DNA of 64,000 nucleotides from assembly GCA_963722255.1 (NCBI GenBank), contig CAVRJO010000001.1, positions 160,001 to 224,000 on the forward strand. Direction: 5' to 3'. Both the position numbers and the translations under genes were made by a program. The DNA comes from Candidatus Babeliales bacterium. Its GTDB lineage: Bacteria > Babelota > Babeliae > Babelales > JANWKD01. The notes under the pieces are model-generated. The model saw only the letters and a program-made list of their open reading frames with translations. It made no database searches and had not been told where the DNA came from. Of the stretch, positions 1-10,447 are shown in pieces; within the stretch, counting starts at the first letter, position 1, and each line of letters begins with the position of its first letter.

Positions 1-549
1 TTCTTCAAAGATCTTCTTAAACTTACACTCTTCTTTGCAATCATCCTCGACAAACAGAATTGTAGTTAGTGCAAAAGCAATCATCATATGCCAATGCCTT
101 TCTACATCTTGAAATCCAAAAAACTCATCCTCAATTTCATCTTTCTTATTTGACATTGACTCAATAAATTCTTTAAAACTTTCTACATATTCAACCGAAG
201 CTTTAGAAAGTAGCGCTGTAGAATCAACCACATCACGCAAAATATACCCCATGTCGCTACCTATTCTATAGAGATCATTTATTGAGCCAGTGTTATCCTT
301 CTTTATAAGATCCATAATCTTCTTTTTCATTTGTAGCTGTTTTATAGTAAGCTTTCCTACTAACTTCACCCTATCACCTTTTGAAATATCTGGTATTAGA
401 GCAAGCAATTTAATAATTAAATTCAAATTATCATCAAACTCAGCCAACATTTCTGGGTGAATAAGTAGATGAGCCCACTCAATACCTAGTTCCCCATCTT
501 GAGCAAATTCATTTAACACAGGAAAAACAGATTGATGCAATTTTGACAT
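1..549 (-). CDS. hypothetical protein, 3'-truncated by the window edge
   Basis: Manually translated open frame from ATG at 549 (MSKLHQSVFPVLNEFAQDGELGIEWAHLL...) with no stop before position 1; not in the ORF track. Confidence 0.6.
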   Translation of the reverse strand, partial: MSKLHQSVFPVLNEFAQDGELGIEWAHLLIHPEMLAEFDDNLNLIIKLLALIPDISKGDRVKLVGKLTIKQLQMKKKIMDLIKKDNTGSINDLYRIGSDMGYILRDVVDSTALLSKASVEYVESFKEFIESMSNKKDEIEDEFFGFQDVERHWHMMIAFALTTILFVEDDCKEECKFKKIFEE

Positions 550-776
550 AATAATCTTTCTTTAAAATAATTTTAAAAAGTCTTGTTTTAATAATTTAAT
601 AGTTTAAAGAATTTTTCATATAAGTTAAGAGCCCAATAATTAACAATAATATTCGATCTGTATTTTTTATTGCAGGTATTTTCAAATATAAAAAAATATT
701 AAAACATGTTATAAAAATAAATTATTCATACTAATTTTATTTGTCATAAAAAATTTTATAGATAAACTAAGATAGT

Positions 777-1871
777 ATGAAACAAAAACAACTATCAATT
801 TTTCACTCGAAAGCACAAAATACCATGTTAAACCATGATGAAGTTTCTGAAATTAATTCAAAAAATACCAAAAATGAGATTTTAGAAGCATACCAAGCTC
901 TTCTTCAAAAAATAACCCTGACTAAAGAAACAACAGTACAAGAGACTAAAAAAAAGAAAAATGAAGAAGAAGTAGTACATAAAGCCTCTCAGCTAACTAT
1001 TGAATCAATTGTTAATAATCTTGCTGATGCAAAATTATCAGTTTCAAAGGGGCTTGATATTCTTGAACAAAAATTAACAGAAGAATATCGTAAGCTCAAC
1101 GACTTACAAACGGCGATAGCATTGGAAAATAGTTCCTTAGAAGAACTCTATGAAATCAAAAAAAATGCTAATAGTCTTGCTGCACTCCTGCTTGCTCAAA
1201 AAGAATATAAAGCTCATTTTGAACAAGAGATGAATGAAAAAAAGAATGAGTTTGAGTATCGCATGGAAGAAACAAAAGCGGCTTGGAAAAAAGAACAAGA
1301 TGACTTTGAACAAACAATGAAAGAAAAACAAACTCATACCAAAAAAGAACGCATACGCGAAGAAGAAGAATATAACTATACTTTACAGCTTGAACGCAAA
1401 AAAGATCGCGATTTGTATCAAGAAAGCAAAGAGTTATTAGAAAAAGAACTTTTTGAAAAAAAATTGACCCTTCAAAAAGAATTCAGTGAACGCGAAGCTG
1501 CAATTCTTTCTCATGAACAAGAATTACAAAATCTACGATTACGCGTACAACAATTTTCGCAAGAACTTGAAACAGCAATACACACTACAGAGAAAAATAC
1601 TAAAGAAGCAATAGAACGTACCTATCAGTATAAAATTGAACTAACAGCAAAAGAAGTCGAAGGTGAAAAGAAACTTAACCAGCAAACTATCAGCTCATTA
1701 CAACAAAAAATAAAAGAACAAGAAGAGTTTATTGAGCAATTAACTAAAAAGACTGCTGATGCCGATAATAAAGTGCAAACTATTGCCTTGAAAGCAATCG
1801 AGGGTGCTTCAACTATTCGTTATTATGGCGCTTTTGAAGACACCAAAAAGTATCAACAATCAAATACGTAA
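777..1871 (+). CDS. long coiled-coil protein of unknown function
   Basis: 364 aa, E/K/Q-rich heptad pattern throughout; true start may be the downstream Met. Confidence 0.7.
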   Translation: MKQKQLSIFHSKAQNTMLNHDEVSEINSKNTKNEILEAYQALLQKITLTKETTVQETKKKKNEEEVVHKASQLTIESIVNNLADAKLSVSKGLDILEQKLTEEYRKLNDLQTAIALENSSLEELYEIKKNANSLAALLLAQKEYKAHFEQEMNEKKNEFEYRMEETKAAWKKEQDDFEQTMKEKQTHTKKERIREEEEYNYTLQLERKKDRDLYQESKELLEKELFEKKLTLQKEFSEREAAILSHEQELQNLRLRVQQFSQELETAIHTTEKNTKEAIERTYQYKIELTAKEVEGEKKLNQQTISSLQQKIKEQEEFIEQLTKKTADADNKVQTIALKAIEGASTIRYYGAFEDTKKYQQSNT

Positions 1872-1890
1872 TAAAAATAGCTTTAAATGT

Positions 1891-1932
1891 TGTCTGGTAA
1901 ATCAAGAGCTACACTACATGATTTACCGGACA
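1891..1932 (+). terminator. hairpin downstream of the coiled-coil gene
   Basis: tgtctggtaaatca ... tgatttaccggaca inverted repeat 20 nt after the stop codon. Confidence 0.5.
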
Positions 1933-2027
1933 TTCAAAAGATAAAATTTCTACAAAATAGTTTTGAAAACCGAAAAATTGGTATATAGTTACCATAAATT
2001 TAAAATACGCATAATAAAAGGAAAAGT

Positions 2028-2468
2028 ATGGAAATTAAAACTCAAACAAATGTTGAATTTAATAACTTCACATCTGACGACATATTAATTCCTTATAAAA
2101 AAATTATTCAAGCTTCAGTATGTCCCGAATTTGGTAACACGCTTGCTTTATTATCTGGAGCAAATGCCATACAAGCTTATAAAAAAACAACTAACTGCAA
2201 AGAAGGCACTTTAGAGTTAATGATGTATTTTGTAGAATGTGGTAATAAATTTACCATACTGTATGGCGATATTGATGAAGACTTTTACGGCAATCTAGAA
2301 ACAATGTTTCAAGATGTTGTCGATATAGTAAAACAAAGCAATAAAGAAATCATTGATCACTATTTACCGCGTCTTAAAAGAGTAGTAAAAGATGCTGATG
2401 GGATAGGTTGGGGATATTATGATACCATTGAAGAATATTTGAGTGATGCTTTTCCTAACAGTAAATAA
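2028..2468 (+). CDS. DUF6155-like helical protein
   Basis: LELMMYFVECGNKFT..YGDIDEDFY and GIGWGYYD motifs. Confidence 0.6.
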   Translation: MEIKTQTNVEFNNFTSDDILIPYKKIIQASVCPEFGNTLALLSGANAIQAYKKTTNCKEGTLELMMYFVECGNKFTILYGDIDEDFYGNLETMFQDVVDIVKQSNKEIIDHYLPRLKRVVKDADGIGWGYYDTIEEYLSDAFPNSK

Positions 2469-2765
2469 AAATCCCCACAGCAAGCTGCTGAGTATTTTTC
2501 TATGAAACAAATCAAGCTTCGGGGAATTGAACCCGCAAGAGATTAAAAATTTATTTATATTTTTGGCGATGCCAAACAAGTAAATCTCATTAAGCTTCCG
2601 TAACTATGCGTCACAAAAAGCAAAGATTGTTAGTTACGGTTATAACAAAATTGTCTATCTTGATACATAAGAATCAAAGACATTTTTGTAAAATTATTTT
2701 TTGTATTACTCCTTCAAGCACACTATCATTCTAGACGATAACAACGCCTAACAAATCCAAAAAAA

Positions 2766-2805
2766 GTTGCCCTTTTTATAACAACGTTGTTATAAAAAGG
2801 GCAAC
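2766..2805. terminator. perfect 40-bp palindrome, probable bidirectional terminator
   Basis: gttgccctttttataacaac|gttgttataaaaagggcaac between convergent genes, with an A-run on the left (U-tract on the minus strand). Confidence 0.6.
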
Positions 2806-2831
2806 CCCAGCTGATAGATAAAAAAAGCCAA

Positions 2832-3368
2832 TTATACAAGGCCTGTAGCATCATCTGATACTGTTGTTCCACTTGCAACTATGTTGCTAGCAATTTCTAC
2901 AAGAGCAGCAAACGTTAATTGTAGTGAACAATATACAACAGGTGCAGCTGGAGGATATACAAGCGCAGCAGCTCCTGCAACTAATGCATATGCAGTTTGT
3001 GCGGCAGCATGAACTGCAAATTTACTGAGCCAGAATCCTGCAACCTTTCCTCTAAGGCCGTTTCCATGAACATTCGCTTTATGCATCAACCTATATTCAC
3101 CATTTGATAGATGAGATGGTTGAGCTGGGTCATATTCCTCAAAGTTTTTAATGGTATTATCATGATTCAATACATGTAAAACTGAATGCACATCAAAATC
3201 ATAAATTTTTGAATATTCATGATCCCTCAATGGTTCAAATCCTTCATTGTTTTTAGATAGTTGAGCAGAATCAAGCTTTTGAGAAACAAAGATTCCTTCT
3301 TTCTTGGTAATCTCAGCTGCTTGTCCTAAAAAAAATAAAGACAATGAATATAATAATAGCTTATTCAT
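2832..3368 (-). CDS. secreted or membrane hypothetical protein
   Basis: N-terminal signal peptide and Ala-rich hydrophobic C-terminus. Confidence 0.6.
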   Translation of the reverse strand: MNKLLLYSLSLFFLGQAAEITKKEGIFVSQKLDSAQLSKNNEGFEPLRDHEYSKIYDFDVHSVLHVLNHDNTIKNFEEYDPAQPSHLSNGEYRLMHKANVHGNGLRGKVAGFWLSKFAVHAAAQTAYALVAGAAALVYPPAAPVVYCSLQLTFAALVEIASNIVASGTTVSDDATGLV

Positions 3369-3894
3369 ACTATATCCTTTGAATAACTAACTATTATAAA
3401 AAATAAAGATACAAAAATATGTAAGAAAAGAATTATATGATACTCATGAAAGGGGCTCCTTTAGTTTGGTACTGTTGAACACTGCTTTTGCTTATTACTA
3501 ACTGAATCCCTTAATGTCCAATGTATTATAACATTCATATTGCAAAAGGCAACAAAAAATTATCGAATCATGCTTGAATATGATTAACTAGCGCGTATTC
3601 TAAAGGGTTTTTTAAATTTTTTATAATATAAAAAAATGAAAATATTTTATATTTTTTAAAAGATCAAATAAATAAAAAAAAACCAAATCATGACTTTTAG
3701 ACAGGACTTAAAAGCATATCCTTTGCATTATTAGATTTGCAAAGCAAAGCATCTTTCTCTCATAAACCATTAAATTTGTAAAAACATTCGGTTGTTAACG
3801 CATCTTTTTTTGATTATAAAGATTAAATTTTTCAAGCAAATGCAAAACAGTCAATTTGCGTTTCTTATGGACGACAAATGTTAGCAAACCACTA

Positions 3895-5106
3895 TTAACG
3901 CTCATCTGAACTGGCTTGAGCGTTAGACACTTCTAATCCCAGTGCATAAAAAATCTCTTTCCATGCTTCTGGATCTCCCTTCCAGCTATAAGGCTGGAGC
4001 TGCCTCAGATAATAATTGTACACCCCTTCTAGTTTCCAATCAGATTCAATTTCTTGTGCACCATCTAATACTACCAGCAAAAATGGCCTACCTTCGCGCA
4101 ACGCAAACAACAAATTTTTAAGTTCTGCTGCCTGTTCTTGTGTAATCTTCTTGCGAATGAAAAGCGGATATTCGCTTGTAATTATCAAATCTATCAATCG
4201 ATCTATACGACGCAAATACTTTTCAGCAATTTCTTCATAATCTTTTAAAAAATCTTCTTGCAACTTAAAATCATGAAGCAATCTTGTCCCATATTTTTTA
4301 TCTAAAATATACTTCTCATCCCTCTCATTCACAACAAGCTCAAAATTATCCGGCCTCATAAAGCTTTCAAAATTATTTTTCAACATTTCTCGAAGGGCAT
4401 CATAGGGCGTAACCAATGTATCAAACGGCAATGCATATTTGCGCAAACCATGTATATACAGCTGATAAGCAGCTTGACAATCGCCACCTAAATTAATAAT
4501 TGCATCAAATGCTTGAGCTACAAAAGCAAACCGTAACATACGTTCTTTGCAAAGTTTCAAATATTCTTGAAGAGGTTCAAGCCCCACTGAAGCGCGCAAC
4601 TCATCTATACACTCAGGATTTTCAAGGGGAAGAACTTCACCTTTCTCATTAATCTGAGTACCATATCTTTGAAGCAGGTTGCTATTTATTTGTATACGAT
4701 CATAAAGATAGGCGATCAATTTAGAATCTACTTCAGTTTTATCTAAAGCCTCCATTTTTGTTAAACAATCTTTTTGAAATTCAGTATCATTGCAATGTTG
4801 CACGAGAATCCAAGCATGTTGGCAGGCTTCTTGACCAAATTCCGATATTTTTGGCCACCCATAATGATTGATAACTTCTTTTAAATACTCACTATGACGA
4901 GCATTGATTTGATCAATTCCGAGTTCTTTAAAAATTTCAGCTCTTGATGATGTTGCTTGTAGCCGTAATGCTTTTTTTCTTAGTTCCTGGTCTTCAATAC
5001 AATAGTCATTCAGTGTTTTTTTAATTGATTCTGCAGTTAACATTCCATGGCATTTCATTGTGCCGAGCATAAAAATACAAAGAAATAAGTGCAAAGTTCT
5101 TCTCAT
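3895..5106 (-). CDS. signal peptide + DUF6624-like domain fused to a DUF1796-like (papain-like peptidase) domain
   Basis: YGWP...AWILVQH...AYLYDR...QRYGTQ (DUF6624-like), then IINLGGDCQAAYQL...LPFD...LLHDF...KYLRRIDRL (DUF1796-like). Confidence 0.7.
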   Translation of the reverse strand: MRRTLHLFLCIFMLGTMKCHGMLTAESIKKTLNDYCIEDQELRKKALRLQATSSRAEIFKELGIDQINARHSEYLKEVINHYGWPKISEFGQEACQHAWILVQHCNDTEFQKDCLTKMEALDKTEVDSKLIAYLYDRIQINSNLLQRYGTQINEKGEVLPLENPECIDELRASVGLEPLQEYLKLCKERMLRFAFVAQAFDAIINLGGDCQAAYQLYIHGLRKYALPFDTLVTPYDALREMLKNNFESFMRPDNFELVVNERDEKYILDKKYGTRLLHDFKLQEDFLKDYEEIAEKYLRRIDRLIDLIITSEYPLFIRKKITQEQAAELKNLLFALREGRPFLLVVLDGAQEIESDWKLEGVYNYYLRQLQPYSWKGDPEAWKEIFYALGLEVSNAQASSDER

Positions 5107-5233
5107 GATTGTTTCCTTTTAAAATTCAAATAATCGATATACTTTATCTAATCATAAAATGCTCCAATAGTAATGATCTTCCTAACTCATGCAAGATCTC
5201 ATTAAACATTTTTTTGAAGAATTTCATTTATTA

Positions 5234-5503
5234 TTATGTGAAATTAATTACTCTAATTTTGGTTTTTTGTCCTACAATAAGCGAATAATAACCTTGCATC
5301 AGATAAAAATCAGAGGTATAACTTGTATAAACATCCAAAATTATATCATCAACCCTATTAGTAATCTTTTCAAAAATATTCTCGTTGAATTGCTGCTACC
5401 AAAATTTGGGGGTAGCCGTATAACACACCCCATTCACAAAAGTAGTACGTAATTCTTTATCCATAACAGCCATAGAAGGCATAGAAATTATTTCAAAATT
5501 CAT
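5234..5503 (-). pseudogene. GyrI-like/AraC effector-binding small protein, disrupted
   Basis: MNFEIISMPSMAVMDKELRTT...PKFW*QQF...ILDVYTSYTSDF...YSLIVG: internal TAG and truncated. Confidence 0.55.
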
Positions 5504-5547
5504 TGAATCCCCAGAAAAATTATTTAACAAAAATCACTCTTTTTATA

Positions 5548-5823
5548 TTAATCCTTCCAATTCCACCATTTCAGTAACTCTGCTTTTGGATTTTCTTCAG
5601 TTACAAAATAAACTGCGCAGCGAAAAACATAGAGCATGCATCGATCAACACGTGTATTTTGGAATGTACATAAAGATTCATATAATTCTTCAGCATTCGC
5701 ATTTTTTAGATCTTTTAAAGATCGAATACCAATGTTCCAAAAATCTTCTGCAATAACTTTACCTACACCTGGAATTTGTTGGAACTCAAGCAAAGCTTTT
5801 TGCTTTTTATTATCTTTTTTCAT
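5548..5823 (-). CDS. helix-hairpin-helix protein (Cdd1/pathogenicity-locus family)
   Basis: IPGVGK HhH motif; DRCMLYVFRCAVY...WWNWKD signature. Confidence 0.85.
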   Translation of the reverse strand: MKKDNKKQKALLEFQQIPGVGKVIAEDFWNIGIRSLKDLKNANAEELYESLCTFQNTRVDRCMLYVFRCAVYFVTEENPKAELLKWWNWKD

Positions 5824-6212
5824 GACATCGGGCTTGCAATTTCAACAAGTAAACCATTAGGATCACGAATATATGCTACAGTCTGTCCCCATGCTTTTAT
5901 TTCAGGTGAAACGACAGATATTCCTCCAACAGCAATAGCTCTCTTATAAGACTTCTGAACATCTGATACTGTAAAACAAATCTCACTAGCTAATGGTAAT
6001 TTTGTAATGTCATGGGGAATATAACCTTCTGGAAGATTACTACTACCCAATGTTTCAGATGCAAATGCGATAGTGGTGGCTCCTGTATTAAGCTCTGCAT
6101 ATTGATTACTTTCATGAATATATTTGAGTTGAATATCAAATGCATCCTTGTAAAATGAAATAGCTCTTGAGATATCTTTAATATAAAAAATAACATGCGA
6201 AAAATTAGCCAT
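5820..6212 (-). CDS. VOC/glyoxalase family protein
   Basis: HVIFYIKDISRAISFY...WGQTVAYIRDPNGLLVEI; start taken at Met 6212. Confidence 0.85.
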   Translation of the reverse strand: MANFSHVIFYIKDISRAISFYKDAFDIQLKYIHESNQYAELNTGATTIAFASETLGSSNLPEGYIPHDITKLPLASEICFTVSDVQKSYKRAIAVGGISVVSPEIKAWGQTVAYIRDPNGLLVEIASPMS

Positions 6213-6347
6213 TTTATGCCTTTTCTTACTTGATTGCCCAATGTAACTCATTAACAAATTAGATGTTCTTTATTGACTAAAAATAGTATACTTCTATGGA
6301 AAGAATTGAGCAATAATCCTTACCTGCACAACTCTCTAGGCCTGATT

Positions 6348-6543
6348 AAGCTACAAAGGGCATACTACTTCGCATCTAATCTAACAATAAATATCTTTTT
6401 ATTGATAATAGTTTCTTTAAAAAGGCTGGCCATATCGAATTGAAACTAATAAACAAAATGTTAAGACATTATTGGCAAAGCCTGGCGTCAGCCAGGCGTA
6501 GTTTGCCGAGCCAGAAGGCGTTGATAAGCGAAGCCGGACTGGC
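6348..6543. repeat. degenerate copy of the hairpin repeats found at the GIY-YIG/tRNA locus
   Basis: 6348-6434 aligns by eye with 25469-25556; 6491-6543 aligns with 25729-25777. Confidence 0.65.
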
Positions 6544-6742
6544 AAAATAAAAGACAATTAGTTTAAGCTGGTGATTTTGTCAATGCTAAAACTATCTCCT
6601 TGTGCAAACTGCTCTATCAACTCTTTATCATGGCAAATAATCAATATCGTTACTTTAAGATTATTACAAGAATGATCTTATTAGGATAACCAATACACGG
6701 ATACTAAAATAGTTGGAAAATATTTTTTCAAGATATATATTC

Positions 6743-6939
6743 CTAATGTGCAAAAGTTAAACATGCAAGAATATCTTCTTTAGTTAACTTAGGATATTCT
6801 TTTAATACCTCCTCTATAGAGATTCCTTGAGCACCAAAAGGCCCAAAATGAATTGAACGCTTAAGCGCGTTCCTTTAATGATCGGCTTTCCAACCATAAT
6901 TTGAGGATCAATCACAATTCTATTTATCAATTTATTCAT
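6743..6939 (-). pseudogene. DUF433 protein, frameshifted paralog of 21934-22170
   Basis: MNKLINRIVIDPQIMVGKPIIKGTRLSVQFILGLL, then a frameshift, then EYPKLTKEDILACL. Confidence 0.8.
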
Positions 6940-7287
6940 TTATAATTTTAATAATTTTTTTAATGCTATAGCATTATTATGTTCTTCATCATGTGCAGCA
7001 AACAATAATGTTACGTGCTTTTTTTCACGAATAAGATGTTTTAGTAAAAGAACAGCATCTTTGTGTTCTTTAAGCTCATTATTGTATTTTTTTTGAAAAT
7101 CTTTCCACTTTTTTGGATCATGATTAAACCATTTTCGTAATTCAGTGCTCGGAGCAATATCTTTGAGCCATAGATCGATTTTTGCTTTAGCTTTAGAAAG
7201 ACCTCGAGGCCAAAGGCGATCTACTAAAATTCTGAATCCATCTCCTGATTCCGGATGATCATAAACCCTTTTTAACTGGATCTTCAT
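6940..7287 (-). CDS. DUF488 (YeaO-like) protein
   Basis: IQLKRVY...[14 protein letters not shown]...[15 protein letters not shown]. Confidence 0.9.
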   Translation of the reverse strand: MKIQLKRVYDHPESGDGFRILVDRLWPRGLSKAKAKIDLWLKDIAPSTELRKWFNHDPKKWKDFQKKYNNELKEHKDAVLLLKHLIREKKHVTLLFAAHDEEHNNAIALKKLLKL

Positions 7288-7333
7288 ACATATCCTTCAC
7301 AATACGGTTTGATAATTCATTTATTAAAAAAAT

Positions 7334-8698
7334 TTAATCTAAATCAAAAGATTCTAAATACTTTGGAATCACTACAGACCAACCAAAGCGCTCCTCTATT
7401 TTCTTTTTTAATGACTCAGCGGCTTCTATTTCGCCATGCGTAAGAAATACTTTTTTAGGGGGATTTTCAAAATATCCTAACCATTCAATAATTTCATTAT
7501 AATCAGCATGTGCTGAAAGCTCTATTATCATTTTTATTTCTGCACGAACAGTATATGACATTGCCATATATTTTTATTTCTTTTGCACCATCAACTAAAA
7601 GCCGTCCATGGAGTGCCCTTTGCTTGAAAGCCCACAAAAAGTATCGTATTTTTAGCATCAGAAATAAAATGTTCAAAATGATACATCACTCGTCCGCCAT
7701 CTGCCATGCCACTTCCTGCAATAATTATTGCAGGACCTGTAATACTGATCAAGCTGCTTTGATTCTTCCACCGTACGTGTATATACTGAGCAATATTAAA
7801 TATATCCTTACATAACGATGCTGATAACTTAAGTTCATCTTTAAACTTACAAAACAAATCAGTAACATTTATAGCCATGGGACTATCTAAAAAAATAGGA
7901 ATATCCGGAATAATTTTCTTTTGTTTTAATTGATAAAGACAATAAAGAATTGTTTGTGTCCGCTCTACAGCAAAAGCAGGTATTATAAGAACTCCTCCTT
8001 TTTGCACGGTTTCATTTACTACCTCACCTAAGGCTTTTATAGGATCACCTTTTTCATGAAGCCTATTACCATAAGTTGATTCAAGAACTAAAAAATCGGT
8101 TTCTTTTAAATGTGGAGGAGATTTCATGATAAGTTGATGAGGACGCCCAAGATCTCCAGAAAAAGTTAATTTTTGCTTTCCATCAGATACAATAACAAAT
8201 GAGGAGCCAAGAATATGGCCCGACTGTATCAGCGTAACCTTTAAAGATTTGATACTCAAAACGGTATCATAATCAACTGCTTGAAAAAATTTTAATGAAT
8301 TCTCAGCATCAAGTTTCAGTATATAAGGGTATACTGCAGGATGATGAGGATCTCATCTCTTATTACTATGCTTTGCTTCTTCTTCCTGTAAAGATCCACT
8401 ATCAATTAATAAAATAGCGCATAACTCATAGGTTGCTTTTGAACAATATATTTTTCCCTTAAAGCCATTTTTAACTAATAAAGGTATATACCCGGTATGA
8501 TCTATATGAGCATGCGTTAATACAACGGCATCAATGCTACTTAGGCTGCTATGGGAAATGGATCCCAATTACGCTGAGTGAGTTCGCTTCTCTCCTTGAA
8601 ACAGCCCACAATCAACTAAAATTTTTGTATCGTTCATGTTCAATAAGATATTTTGATCCTGTTACTTCTTCTACTGCACCCAAAAAAGTTATTTTCAT
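7334..8698 (-). pseudogene. MBL-fold beta-CASP ribonuclease, split by several frameshifts
   Basis: MKITFLGAVEEVTGSKYL at 8698; THAHIDHTG, GHILGS, FSGDLGR, ESTYG, LSAHAD and THGE motifs spread over different frames. Confidence 0.85.
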
Positions 8699-8735
8699 AG
8701 CTTCACCTACTACTATTTCTCATAAGTATTACTAT

Positions 8736-9128
8736 TCAACGTTCTAATAATTTTGCAATAATTGGCATATCGGGATTAGGTACATCATAAAGAAGCAGTT
8801 CATTTTTTTCAACCCATTTAATTTGTTTATGCTCATAAAGAATAAGTTCATTAGAAAATGAAGTAACATAATATGCATGCATTTCCATTGGAATGCCTTT
8901 ATATTCAAAATAGCTTGAACACAAATATTCACCAATCTCGGCTTCAATGCCCAATTCTTCAAACAGTTCTCTTTTTAAACATTCTTGTTCTGTTTCCCCG
9001 AGTTCCATCTTTCCTCCGGGAAATTCCCATTTATCATAAAATTCGTCTTTTTTAGAACGTTGCGCAATAAGAAACTTATTATCTTTTATTATGATTCCAG
9101 CAATAACTTTTTTGATTGGTTTAAGCAT
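8736..9128 (-). CDS. NUDIX hydrolase (MutT/NudG-like)
   Basis: WEFPGGKMELGETEQECLKRELFEELGI Nudix box. Confidence 0.9.
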   Translation of the reverse strand: MLKPIKKVIAGIIIKDNKFLIAQRSKKDEFYDKWEFPGGKMELGETEQECLKRELFEELGIEAEIGEYLCSSYFEYKGIPMEMHAYYVTSFSNELILYEHKQIKWVEKNELLLYDVPNPDMPIIAKLLER

Positions 9129-9298
9129 TTTTATAAATCCATCTCTTGAGACTTAAATCAATTTTTCAAAGTATCTCTTCACAATTTATTCCCAACAAAA
9201 AAATTTATATACCATTTTTTTAACTAAAAGCTTTAAGCCTTATAAAAATAACTATACATTAGTATAATGTTTTAAACTTACATTTTAAGGATAAAAAT

Positions 9299-9754
9299 AT
9301 GAAAGTATATGTTTCTGCAAAATTTAATGATAAAGAACGAGTTAATAAGGTATATGCCTTATTAAAACAAGATGAACACACCATTACGCATGAATGGATA
9401 CATAATAAAGAGTCATACCCTTTTGATGTAGATCCAGTATTTACTGCACACTGCGCTGTGCAAGATTTTAATGGCGTTTTAAATGCAGACGTTTTTATTT
9501 TATTATCAAACACTGAACCAAGTTTAGGAGCCTCAGGCGAGCTCGGTGCTGCCATTGGATCATTTATCACCTTTAAAAAACCATATATCTTTGTCATCGG
9601 GCCGCATTTTAATACAAACTTTTGCTTCTATCACCCCGCTGTTATGCAAAGAAATTCAGTTGAGGAAGTATTACAAGAAATGAAGAGGCTTGCATTTGAA
9701 AACAATGAAAACAAAGCAGTGGCACCAAAAGAATTTGCAAAGATTACTTTCTAA
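9299..9754 (+). CDS. nucleoside 2-deoxyribosyltransferase-like protein
   Basis: MKVYVSA...D..GV.NADVFIL...GA..ELGAA pattern. Confidence 0.65.
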   Translation: MKVYVSAKFNDKERVNKVYALLKQDEHTITHEWIHNKESYPFDVDPVFTAHCAVQDFNGVLNADVFILLSNTEPSLGASGELGAAIGSFITFKKPYIFVIGPHFNTNFCFYHPAVMQRNSVEEVLQEMKRLAFENNENKAVAPKEFAKITF

Positions 9755-9952
9755 TCAATCAATCGAGCAAGCCCTTTTTGTTTACTATGATTAAAGCAAT
9801 AAATAAACAATATAATTGCAGAGATTGCATAAAGAATACTTAACACATATCCCTTAATCAGGTAAAGTAGCAACTTCATAGTTATAGAGCTATATCATCT
9901 GTGCCTGAAGTAAATATTTTGGTAAGGTTTTCTACTTTGAACACTGGCATAG

Positions 9953-10354
9953 TTATCCTACAACTTCCGGATATTTTTCAGGATCAGCCAAACAATACTT
10001 TTCACCAAAACTATCTACAGCATGTTCTGCAATCGTAACAAATTTGCGCCCATGAAATCCGCCTCGTTCATCATATTTCTTATGCTGCACGTTCACAATA
10101 TCTTCAAAAGTAAAAGAGTGAACATCGCCAAGTGAAGAAATAACTTCAAGAATATCGGCTAGCTCTTCTAGTAATGCTTCTTTTGTTTGAGCAGTACAAA
10201 CTTCATGAGCTTCTTCCATAAATTTTATTTTTAATTGCTCAGCAAATTCACGATCATCAAGCCGTGTCCAATAAATTTTTGAGCCCATCTGCTCCAAGCA
10301 CTCAACTGCTTTATCTCGCCATAATTTATTTTGTTTAAATTTTCTCATTTTCAT
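9953..10354 (-). CDS. MazG-like all-alpha NTP pyrophosphohydrolase (house-cleaning type)
   Basis: NKLWRDK...KFMEEAHE...EELADILEV...K..ERGGF. Confidence 0.8.
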   Translation of the reverse strand: MKMRKFKQNKLWRDKAVECLEQMGSKIYWTRLDDREFAEQLKIKFMEEAHEVCTAQTKEALLEELADILEVISSLGDVHSFTFEDIVNVQHKKYDERGGFHGRKFVTIAEHAVDSFGEKYCLADPEKYPEVVG

Positions 10355-10403
10355 TATTTTTATCCTTACATATTTATTTTTGATGATTTCTATATTAAAA
10401 AAA

Positions 10404-10439
10404 TTGTTAGGGAGCTAACAAATCAAGCCCCCCTAACAA
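10404..10439 (-). terminator. intrinsic terminator
   Basis: ttgttagggagct...agcccccctaacaa hairpin with a downstream U-tract on the minus strand. Confidence 0.55.
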
Positions 10440-10447
10440 TTATAAGT

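Noticed and set aside
5189..5452. 87-aa plus-strand ORF
   Set aside because: It is the antisense shadow of the GyrI-like pseudogene
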